A stretch of 53,448 nucleotides of DNA from the IMG/VR virus record IMGVR_UViG_3300048591_001682, positions 1 through 53,448 of that record, one strand, 5' to 3'. The notes under the pieces are model-generated. The model was not told the origin of the DNA, searched no databases, and was given only the letters and a program-made list of their open reading frames with translations. This document shows positions 45,476 through 53,448 of this stretch, piece after piece. The stretch's first letter is position 1; every line of letters starts with the position of its first letter. The DNA is from a virus. Its lineage: Duplodnaviria; Caudoviricetes. The position numbers and the translations under genes are program-made.

Positions 45476-46813
45476 GTGAGCAGCGTCGAGCTTCCTGCGC
45501 TCTACGTCGACAGTGTCGCGCTCCTGGTGAGCACGCCGCGCCTCGTGCTCGTGAACCGCGATCCGAGCCCCGACGAGACGGGCGTGCCCGTCGACGCGAC
45601 GCTCGCGCTCGAGCTCGTCGACACCGGTCCCGATGGCGTCAATCGGGCGAACGCGCGCGTGTGGGTCGACGGTGTCCTCGCGTTCGAAGGAGGCGCGCCC
45701 ACGGAGATAGCTCCAGCCTACGCGGGACCGCTCGCCGCCGTCGTCCAGACCTCCGACATGCTGCGCGTCGTGCTCCATCCTGTCGTCCCGCTCGCGAGCT
45801 TGTCGACGGTGCACGTACGCGTGCTCGCGCAGACCGGCGGCGGCGCAGCCTCGCTCGACGAGGTGTACTCGTTCGTGGTCGAGGATCGGACCGCGCCGCG
45901 CGTCGTCGGAGCACAGGCCCTCGCGCAGCGGACTGTGCGTGTGGCCTTCGACGAGCCGGTGCTCGTCCCGCTCAGCGCCACGTTCGCGCTCACCGCGCTC
46001 GGAGCGCCCGCTGTGCCGCTCGTCGCGGTCGCAGCCGCGGTGGACGGCAGCATCGTCCTCCTCACGCTCGACACCGAGATGACGCCGGACATCACGCACG
46101 AGCTCGTCGCGAGCGGCGTGACTGACCTCTTCGGCAACGCCGTCCTCGGCCCCTACGACCGCACCACCTTCACCGGCTTCCGCCCCGCGCGACCGGAGCG
46201 ACGCCGCTTCGACCTGTGGCGGATGCTGCCGAAGCACAACCGCCGCGACGACCAGACCGGAGACCTGTTCCGCTTCATCGCGTGCCTGCAGGAGGTGACG
46301 GACCTCCTGCTTGCCGACATCGATCGCTGGCCCGACATCTTCGACCTCGAGCGCGCGCCGGAGTCCTTCGTCGAGCTCATTCTGCGCGACCTCGGCAACC
46401 CATTCCCGTTCGAGCTCGATGCGATGGGCAAGCGCCGGCTCGCGTCGGTCCTTGTCGAGATGTACCGGCAGAAGGGCACGGCGAAAGGCATCCAGAACGC
46501 GATCCGCTTCTTCCTCGGCATCGACATCTCTGCGATCACGCCGTTCAACGCGGACACGCTCACGCTCGGCGAGGTCGAGCTCGGCATCGACTGGGTACTC
46601 GGTCCCTCGGACCGGTTCGCGCGCTACGCGTTCAACGTCGAGGTCGCTCGCATTCTCACGGCCCGCGAGCGCGAGCAGCTTCGCGCCATCGTCGAGTACC
46701 TGAAGCCCGCGCACACGCACTTCGTGGACCTCGTCGAGCCGCTGCCCGTCATCGCACCGCGCCACTGGGAGCTCGGGCTCAGCGACCTTGGTGAGACGGC
46801 GGATTTGCACTGA
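45476..46813 (+). CDS. Phage tail protein (P2 gpI-like) with Ig-like domains
   Basis: [17 protein letters not shown] Ig-like; [18 protein letters not shown]. Confidence 0.85.
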   Translation: MSSVELPALYVDSVALLVSTPRLVLVNRDPSPDETGVPVDATLALELVDTGPDGVNRANARVWVDGVLAFEGGAPTEIAPAYAGPLAAVVQTSDMLRVVLHPVVPLASLSTVHVRVLAQTGGGAASLDEVYSFVVEDRTAPRVVGAQALAQRTVRVAFDEPVLVPLSATFALTALGAPAVPLVAVAAAVDGSIVLLTLDTEMTPDITHELVASGVTDLFGNAVLGPYDRTTFTGFRPARPERRRFDLWRMLPKHNRRDDQTGDLFRFIACLQEVTDLLLADIDRWPDIFDLERAPESFVELILRDLGNPFPFELDAMGKRRLASVLVEMYRQKGTAKGIQNAIRFFLGIDISAITPFNADTLTLGEVELGIDWVLGPSDRFARYAFNVEVARILTAREREQLRAIVEYLKPAHTHFVDLVEPLPVIAPRHWELGLSDLGETADLH

Positions 46814-46879
46814 GAGCGCTTGGGGTGAGCCAAGTTGGCGGGCTCAAGCAAACGGGCGCGCTACTCTTTGGGGCGCCCC

Positions 46880-47839
46880 ATGACCCCTCCCGTGTTGGAT
46901 ATCGACCTATCCCTTCCGCCCTCGCGGCGCTGGGATGTCCTGCGCCCGTACCGCACCGCGGTGCGCGAGCTCGTGTCGATGTACGTCAGGGATCTCGGCG
47001 ATCTAGCAGGCGCTCGCGACGAGCTGACCTTCTACCGCTTGTCCTGCATCTCGCCCGAGTACGGCGCAGAGATGGATGCCATTGCCGAGCTCGCAGAGCT
47101 TGAGCCGCTCGAGGTGCTCCTCGCCAACGTGTACTACGACGCGTTCAAACACCTCATGGGCTGCACCGCGTTCGCGGTCGATACCGCGAGCGGACCGCTC
47201 CACGCGCGCGACCTCGACTGGTGGACCGAGCGCAACGCGCTCAGCCGTAACACCGTCATCGCTCGGTTCGTCCGAGGTGACGCTCTCTTGTGCGAAGTCG
47301 TCACGTGGCCCGGATTCGTCGGAGCGCTCTCTGGCTCCGCACCCGGGCGCTTCGCCGTGACCTTGAACGCGGTGCTGAGCGACGAACCTCCAGGGGTCGC
47401 GCCTCCGATTGGACTCGTGCTGCGCGACTTGCTCTGCACGGCAGACTTCAATGCGGCTCGCGACGACCTCGCGCGACGCCCTCTCGCCTGCGATTGCCTT
47501 CTACTGCTCACGGGCACGCGCAGCGGGGAGATGTGCGTCATCGAGCGAACCCCAACGCGCGCCGAGGTTCGGAGCACGGACTCCGGCGCAATCGTCGTGA
47601 CCAACGACTACCGAGCCCTCAGCGCGTCTGGGTGGACGCGTGCGAACACCACCACATTGCAGGCTACGTCGTGCGGCCGATACGACCGAGCTAGCTGGCG
47701 CGTTCACGCCGAGCAGTCGAGCTCGGCCGAGGCCTGTTTCGCCATTCTCGACGACAAGGGCGTGAAGATGGACATCACCGTGCAGCAGATGGTGATGTCC
47801 GCTGCCCAGGGGTGGATCTCGGCGCGAGAGGGACGGTAG
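46880..47839 (+). CDS. C45/acid ceramidase-like Ntn hydrolase, accessory
   Basis: IDLSLPPSRRW, GCTAFAV nucleophile site, HARDLDW, WPGFVG, VVTND. Confidence 0.8.
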   Translation: MTPPVLDIDLSLPPSRRWDVLRPYRTAVRELVSMYVRDLGDLAGARDELTFYRLSCISPEYGAEMDAIAELAELEPLEVLLANVYYDAFKHLMGCTAFAVDTASGPLHARDLDWWTERNALSRNTVIARFVRGDALLCEVVTWPGFVGALSGSAPGRFAVTLNAVLSDEPPGVAPPIGLVLRDLLCTADFNAARDDLARRPLACDCLLLLTGTRSGEMCVIERTPTRAEVRSTDSGAIVVTNDYRALSASGWTRANTTTLQATSCGRYDRASWRVHAEQSSSAEACFAILDDKGVKMDITVQQMVMSAAQGWISAREGR

Positions 47840-47847
47840 GAGGCTCA

Positions 47848-48285
47848 ATGTTCGACGAGTTTGAGCCAGTCCCCTCCCTCAACTGTCCGAGGTGTGATGC
47901 AACGATAGACGGCTGGCAGGGCAAGGACGGTCCGTGTTGCCTCGTTCGCTGGCGTCAAGGCCACGCGCAACCAGAGGTCCTTCCCGATGAAGCAGACTGG
48001 GTCGACGCAACAGCTGCTCGTCTCTGGCGTCTACCCCGGTCGTTCGGACTGTATACGACGTGCGAAAGTTGCGGCCTCTGGGTCGACGCAACAGGTTACT
48101 GCCAAGACGATATCTGGTCGTACACCGTACTCGGATTAACCGTGGTCGCCCGAGCCGAACCTGCTTTCAGCGACGAGCCAGGGCGGCGGCGTTGCGGCCG
48201 CTGCAACAACGTTTGGGTGGCCGATCCCGTCAGCGACGTCGGGCCGTGCCCAGCCTGCGGAGTGGCAACGCGCCTCGTCCCATAA
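47848..48285 (+). CDS. Cys-rich hypothetical protein, accessory
   Basis: AGGAGG RBS; multiple CxxC. Confidence 0.65.
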   Translation: MFDEFEPVPSLNCPRCDATIDGWQGKDGPCCLVRWRQGHAQPEVLPDEADWVDATAARLWRLPRSFGLYTTCESCGLWVDATGYCQDDIWSYTVLGLTVVARAEPAFSDEPGRRRCGRCNNVWVADPVSDVGPCPACGVATRLVP

Positions 48286-48382
48286 GCCAACGAAGGCAGA
48301 GACCTTCAACGTCCAGCGGCCTTGGGGTACGCTCGAACTCCGCAGCCGGGACTTGCGCAGGCGTCCTGCCTATAGTTCGAGG

Positions 48383-48859
48383 ATGAGCTCGCCGCTGAAG
48401 TTAGAGATCCGGCCACCCACGCACGGCTGGGCAGAGACCACGATCACGCTCGGGGACGCGAGCGTGTTCATTGACGCGTCGGACGTCGGTCCGGATTGCT
48501 TTGAGCAACTTGCAGGCTGTGCGCTCTATGCGCTGGAAGCCTACGAAGGAATTCGGGAGGCCGTGTTCTTCGAGGAGCCGGGGGCGCACATCCTTGGAAT
48601 TCGACACTGCAAGGAAGGTAAGGTTTCGGTGACGATCCATACCACGCGAGACATGCATGACGCGACCGCGCGCCGGGAGCTCGTCGCGCGAATTGAATCG
48701 ACCGCGTTCGACGTCGCGTTGGCAATCTGGCGTGGCCTTCGAGCGCATGAGACCATGCTCAACGAAGCGAGCGCCGCGGGGCACTGGAACAACTTTCCGG
48801 CAAGAGACGTGGAAGTGCTCGGAAAGCTACTACAGGAACGACGTCAAGACCTGCCATGA
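48383..48859 (+). CDS. Hypothetical protein, accessory
   Basis: HGW and FEEPG segments; coupled to next ORF. Confidence 0.6.
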   Translation: MSSPLKLEIRPPTHGWAETTITLGDASVFIDASDVGPDCFEQLAGCALYALEAYEGIREAVFFEEPGAHILGIRHCKEGKVSVTIHTTRDMHDATARRELVARIESTAFDVALAIWRGLRAHETMLNEASAAGHWNNFPARDVEVLGKLLQERRQDLP

Positions 48860-49128
48860 ACCGCCTCGACGAGTTGAAGTTCGAGAGCGCCGGGGCAAGC
48901 GGTTGCAGCAACTCGGACTACGTCCTCTGCCGAACCACCTGCTGCGCCGCACTCTGCGTGGAGGACGTGGAACTGACGCAGCTCTACGTGGCTCCGGACG
49001 ACCTTAGCAAATTGGTCGCCTTGTGGGGCGATGTTGACAGATGCCCGATATGCGGCGCGGCTGAATGGGACGTGCTGCCAACAGCCGATGATGACGTCGT
49101 CGCTGGTTCGTGGGCACGCTTCACCTGA
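48856..49128 (+). CDS. Small Cys-rich hypothetical protein, accessory
   Basis: ATGA overlap; CPICG. Confidence 0.55.
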   Translation: MNRLDELKFESAGASGCSNSDYVLCRTTCCAALCVEDVELTQLYVAPDDLSKLVALWGDVDRCPICGAAEWDVLPTADDDVVAGSWARFT

Positions 49129-49224
49129 GAGCGGCCCTCGCGCCCGCGACATCGTGCCAAATCACAGCGGTGGTCCGAAGGCGACGGACCTGCAGCGCGG
49201 GACCCGCTCGCGTAGAGTCTCAGG

Positions 49225-49548
49225 ATGAGCATCAGCGAAAGACCGCTGCAGCCGCTGCGAATTCCCAGCAACTGGCAAGTGACCTACAACGAGTTCCGTG
49301 AGATCGATCCGGCGGACGCCAAAGCCGCAGCCTACCTCCGTGAAGACCTCTTCCAAGCCTTCAATCGTCTCACGAAGATATTGATCGACGTGGGCTGGTA
49401 CCCGGATGGCGATCCGGAGGGCGGGTATGTCTTGAGCGCTCATCGGGACGACTTCCACGGAGAGGAGTTGCTCCGACGCGAAGCCCGCACACGCGGAGCC
49501 ATTGTCGAAGCGATCGAAGACGCCCTTCTTCAATTCCAGCCTGCGTAG
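49225..49548 (+). CDS. Hypothetical protein (immunity-protein-like), accessory
   Basis: [26 protein letters not shown]. Confidence 0.65.
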   Translation: MSISERPLQPLRIPSNWQVTYNEFREIDPADAKAAAYLREDLFQAFNRLTKILIDVGWYPDGDPEGGYVLSAHRDDFHGEELLRREARTRGAIVEAIEDALLQFQPA

Positions 49549-49561
49549 TGGATCAGTCCAT

Positions 49562-49591
49562 GTCCCCTCCAGGGCCAACCGCTGCCTTTGC
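49562..49591 (+). promoter_or_regulatory. Conserved bipartite motif, copy 9 (variant)
   Basis: GTCCC-N18-CCTTTGC. Confidence 0.65.
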
Positions 49592-49626
49592 CTCCCAGAG
49601 GGCCCCGCGCCCCCCGAGGCAAGGAC

Positions 49627-51084
49627 ATGGCCGACCGCGTCGACTTCTACTTCCGCCAGCGCGTTACTGAGGCCGAGCTCGACCTCGCGTTCGCCTTGCT
49701 CGAGAAGGCGGACCGCGACCTCGCCGCCGACCTGAACATCTACGGCATCGTCTCAGGCGCTGTCCCCGCGCCGCACTCGCCAGTGCCCGATCTGACGGTG
49801 GACCTCACGGCCCCGGCACGCGCCTACGACAACCTTGGCCAACGCATGTTCTTCGGGACCGGGCAGACAGTCGACTGCGCCGTCGATCTCTCGGGCATCC
49901 CCACCGACGTCGCCTCCGCGGGCAACGAACGCTGGCTTGGCGTCTTCCTGCGCTTCAAGCGCCAGCTCTCCGACCCGCGCACGGACGGCAACTCCCAGCA
50001 GGTGTTCTTCCGACGCGACGAGTCGTTTGAGCTCGTGGTGCGACAAGCGCCCGAGGGCGCGGTCGGTATTGCACCAAAACCAGCGCTGCACGCCGACGAG
50101 CTGCTCCTGTGCGACGTGCGACGTCGTCCGGGGCAGACGCAGATCCTCGCCACAGACATCGACACCTCGCGCCGCCAGGCCTTCGTCTTCGCACAGGGCA
50201 CTTCGGTGGCCGTCGATCCAGCTGCCTGGCAGGTGCTGAGGCCGGCCGCGAGCACTGTGCAGTCGACACTCAACGAAGCGGACACCGTGCTCGCGCGCCA
50301 CTTCGGCGGAGCGGCACGACGTCACGGAGCCGACGCGATCGACATCAGACCGCGCGGCTTCTTCACCGCCAACAACGTGCAAGCCTGGCTCGATCAACTG
50401 ATCGACGTGCTGACGTCGACCGCCGATGGAGCTCCCGGTGCTGCACGCATCGGCGCGGATGCGGTGGTCGGCATCCCGAACGCTCTCGGCCCGGCCAGCG
50501 TCGATGCTCAGCTCGCGCAGCTGTTGGGCTTCCTCAACGCTCACGTCACCGCGAGTGCCAACGCGCACAACGCTTCCGCGATCCCATCCCCGGTGCAGTC
50601 AGGGACTCCTTACTCACTCGCGGCCGGCACCGTACGGTCCCAGCTAGTCGCGCTGCTCGCGAACCTCAACACCCATGCCACCAGCGCTGATCACGACGCT
50701 CGGTACTACCGTAGCGGCGCGAAGGTCGCGGACGCGGAGCTGCTCGATGGACTCGACCAATCCGCGTTCGCAAGAGCCACGCACGACCACGATGGACGCT
50801 ATCCGCGCCAGCTCTTCGCCAACTCGCAGATCTACAACGCCGGCCAAGCGCGAGACCTGACCTCCTTCGCGTCGCGACCCGCGTTCGTGCACGTCGAGTA
50901 CGCGTACCTCAGCAGCGACGACACGCCGCAGTCGACGTTCTACGGCAGAGGCGCGTTGAGCGAGTCGATACGGCACTGGGTCACCAAGGTGTCCGCCGGA
51001 GGTGGCTCTGACTTCCGCCTGACAGTCCAAAACACCAGCAACACCCGCCTCTACTTGACGGTGGCGGCTTACGGGACGGGATGA
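49627..51084 (+). CDS. Putative tail fibre protein
   Basis: Position; [22 protein letters not shown] fibre-type motifs. Confidence 0.75.
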   Translation: MADRVDFYFRQRVTEAELDLAFALLEKADRDLAADLNIYGIVSGAVPAPHSPVPDLTVDLTAPARAYDNLGQRMFFGTGQTVDCAVDLSGIPTDVASAGNERWLGVFLRFKRQLSDPRTDGNSQQVFFRRDESFELVVRQAPEGAVGIAPKPALHADELLLCDVRRRPGQTQILATDIDTSRRQAFVFAQGTSVAVDPAAWQVLRPAASTVQSTLNEADTVLARHFGGAARRHGADAIDIRPRGFFTANNVQAWLDQLIDVLTSTADGAPGAARIGADAVVGIPNALGPASVDAQLAQLLGFLNAHVTASANAHNASAIPSPVQSGTPYSLAAGTVRSQLVALLANLNTHATSADHDARYYRSGAKVADAELLDGLDQSAFARATHDHDGRYPRQLFANSQIYNAGQARDLTSFASRPAFVHVEYAYLSSDDTPQSTFYGRGALSESIRHWVTKVSAGGGSDFRLTVQNTSNTRLYLTVAAYGTG

Positions 51085-51087
51085 GCG

Positions 51088-51633
51088 ATGACCGACGACC
51101 TCCAGAGCGCCCGCGCTCGCTTCGAAGCAGCCTTTTCCACCCTCGGCAGCGCGGGAGCGCTGAGCTTCGTAGCTGCGCTTCGGGGAGACGGCATGCAGGG
51201 GCGTTTGCCCTGCTGGGGCGGACTCGCCGATGTGTTCTCGTCGGCGTTTTCCACAGAGGCCTCGCAGATCGACGCCCTCAAAGTGCTCGCTGCCGACGGC
51301 GACACCCGCTCGCTACTCGTCTTCCTCCACCTCGCGAGGTCGAAGCAGAAGGTGCTGCGAGAGATGGCTCGCATGGCGCCATCGCTCCCGCTCGTCGTTC
51401 AGCGCGCCTTGGTCGCCCTGGCGCCTGACGCGTTGGACGACGAGAGCATCAACGGCCTCGCCTCCGTGGCGCGCGCCCTCGTGAGCTCCCCCGACGACCG
51501 CGCCCGCGAACGGGAGCAAGCCGAACGGCGCATTGATGAGCTCCTGTCCCTGCGCTTCCTGGCTCCTGACGAGCGCGATCCCAGGGAGGAGTACAAGTGG
51601 GCTGCGCAGTACAAGCGAAGCGGGTTCCTGTGA
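51088..51633 (+). CDS. Hypothetical protein
   Basis: Fills gap; GTGA overlap with amidase. Confidence 0.55.
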   Translation: MTDDLQSARARFEAAFSTLGSAGALSFVAALRGDGMQGRLPCWGGLADVFSSAFSTEASQIDALKVLAADGDTRSLLVFLHLARSKQKVLREMARMAPSLPLVVQRALVALAPDALDDESINGLASVARALVSSPDDRAREREQAERRIDELLSLRFLAPDERDPREEYKWAAQYKRSGFL

Positions 51634-52376
51634 ACCACCTCGTCGTAGCTGGCACCCTCGTCGCAGCTCCAGACGACGTGTGTACCGTGACCTTCGCGGA
51701 GCACGGCATCGCGCGGTTCACGGGCAAGCCGCGTTCGAGGGCAAACGAGGTCGTCTTGCATGAGACGGTCACGCGGGACGCGCCGACGACTCTTCGCGTT
51801 CTGAGGAAGCGCCGACTCAGCGTTCACGTGGTCATCGACCACGAGGGCACCGTGTTTCAGCACGGTGATCTGGCTGAGGTGATGCAGCACGCGGGCCCCG
51901 ATCACAACCCAGCGTCCGTCGGCATCGAAGTGGTGAATCCCTACTACCCAAGGGACCTCAAGACCACGTCGCCGTGGCGGCGCGTCATTACCGCCCCATG
52001 GGCGCACGAGGGCTTGTATGTGGTGCCCACGTTGGCTCAGGCGGAGACCACTGCGAAGCTCGTCGCCTGGCTCACGAGCGCGCCGCATCCCGCGCTCGGC
52101 ATCCCGCGACGCTGGCCCGGGCTTCGCGATGGTCTCTTCTCGATGTCGCGGCTGAAAGCCTCGCGCGCTGGCGACGGGATCTACGCACACCTGTACTTCG
52201 GACACGCCGATGGTGCTTGGCTGGCGCTCTACACGTGGCTGCGACTCGAGGCCGGCCTCCCACCGACTGAGGCCTATGTGGAGGCGGTTCGACGTGCGAG
52301 CCGCGTTCGGGACGCTGCCAACGTTCAAGACCTACTACCCGCGGCAAGCAGCGCATCAAGCGCGCAGCCGAGCTGA
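51630..52376 (+). CDS. N-acetylmuramoyl-L-alanine amidase (endolysin)
   Basis: VVLHET, SVHVVID..G, HAG..HN..SVGIEVVN, IYAH. Confidence 0.85.
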   Translation: MNHLVVAGTLVAAPDDVCTVTFAEHGIARFTGKPRSRANEVVLHETVTRDAPTTLRVLRKRRLSVHVVIDHEGTVFQHGDLAEVMQHAGPDHNPASVGIEVVNPYYPRDLKTTSPWRRVITAPWAHEGLYVVPTLAQAETTAKLVAWLTSAPHPALGIPRRWPGLRDGLFSMSRLKASRAGDGIYAHLYFGHADGAWLALYTWLRLEAGLPPTEAYVEAVRRASRVRDAANVQDLLPAASSASSAQPS

Positions 52377-52390
52377 CCCGGAGGAGCGAG

Positions 52391-52627
52391 ATGGACGACA
52401 TCAAGGACATCGCAGTCTGGCTGCAAGCATCAGGTCCTTACGGTTTCGTATGCGTCCTGGGGTGGGCGTTCTGGCGCATGAACGAGAAGAAGGATGCCGC
52501 CCTGCGCGAGCTCTGCGACAAGGTTGCCGAGATGAGCCGGGCGCAGACGGAGGCGGTCACGAAGGTCGAGGCTGCGCTCGTGGCACTGAAAGATGCGTTG
52601 AAAGACCTGCGCGATCGGGCGGTGTGA
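52391..52627 (+). CDS. Putative holin (single TM plus coiled coil)
   Basis: GAGGAG RBS; one TM segment; follows endolysin. Confidence 0.6.
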   Translation: MDDIKDIAVWLQASGPYGFVCVLGWAFWRMNEKKDAALRELCDKVAEMSRAQTEAVTKVEAALVALKDALKDLRDRAV

Positions 52628-52672
52628 GCTGCGTGCGCGGCTTCTCTCCAGATTCCGCGGGCCTTGGCGCGT

Positions 52673-52726
52673 AGGTCGATTCTTCGCTTCTTCGCCTTGG
52701 AACCTGCGCAGAAGGAAGCCTGTATG
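52673..52726 (+). promoter_or_regulatory. Repeated leader, copy 1
   Basis: AGGTCGATTCTTC-N8-GCCTTG-N14-GGAAGCCTGTATG. Confidence 0.65.
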
Positions 52727-52776
52727 TCGTCGCGAACGGGGCGCACGATGCAACCCACCCCGACGGAGACGACGAC

Positions 52777-53055
52777 ATGAAGGTAAGCGAATTGATCGAG
52801 CTTCTGGAGGAGCAGGACCCGGACGCCGAAGTCCTCGTGATGATGCAACGAAACTGGCCGTTCGAATGCGCTCTGGCAGGCGTGACGACGCGCGAAGAAA
52901 TGCTCCGCGCCGACGCCGAGGAGCGCGAGGCTGAAGGCGATGCAGCCAATGAGCCCCGCCTCGAGAGCGGCACGGCCAAGAGCGACGTCTTCATCGTAGA
53001 GGGCGACCAGTTCCGCTACGGCTCGAATACGGCGTGGAGCGTAGCCACGCGTTGA
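52777..53055 (+). CDS. Hypothetical protein
   Basis: MKVSELIELLEEQDPDAEV; GGAG RBS. Confidence 0.75.
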   Translation: MKVSELIELLEEQDPDAEVLVMMQRNWPFECALAGVTTREEMLRADAEEREAEGDAANEPRLESGTAKSDVFIVEGDQFRYGSNTAWSVATR

Positions 53056-53076
53056 GCTCGAACGCGGTTCCAAGCG

Positions 53077-53130
53077 AGGTCGATTCTTCACGGAATGGCC
53101 TTGCTTGGGTCGCGAACGGAAGCCTGTATG
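53077..53130 (+). promoter_or_regulatory. Repeated leader, copy 2
   Basis: Same three blocks with identical spacing. Confidence 0.65.
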
Positions 53131-53157
53131 GCTGGACAAACAACGCGGAGGACGGCG

Positions 53158-53448
<291 letters not shown>

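Overview
High-GC window dominated by the morphogenesis and lysis arm of a contractile-tailed prophage (5739-52627: terminase, portal, head, sheath, tube, tape measure, baseplate, fibre, amidase, holin). A myxobacterial host is only my inference. The left end has a type I R-M hsdM gene, an excisionase-like HTH gene, a damaged chimeric serine recombinase and a small tyrosine recombinase. Two features stand out. (1) An ~8 kb island between terminase and portal holds 33 tRNA or tRNA-like genes, an HNH nuclease, a Ro60/Rsr (TROVE) gene, three Y-RNA-like genes and arr. Five tRNAs are split by short structured insertions at GGTT^CRA; three of these are copies of one ~90 bp element, one of them inverted. 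(2) The structural operon is interrupted at nine points by compact accessory genes, each lying between a phage stop codon and a conserved GTCCC-N18/19-GCTTTGC motif. Also notable is a tandem Dam-Dam-prohead protease fusion with candidate cleavage sites. All calls come from reading the sequence by eye; no searches were run.
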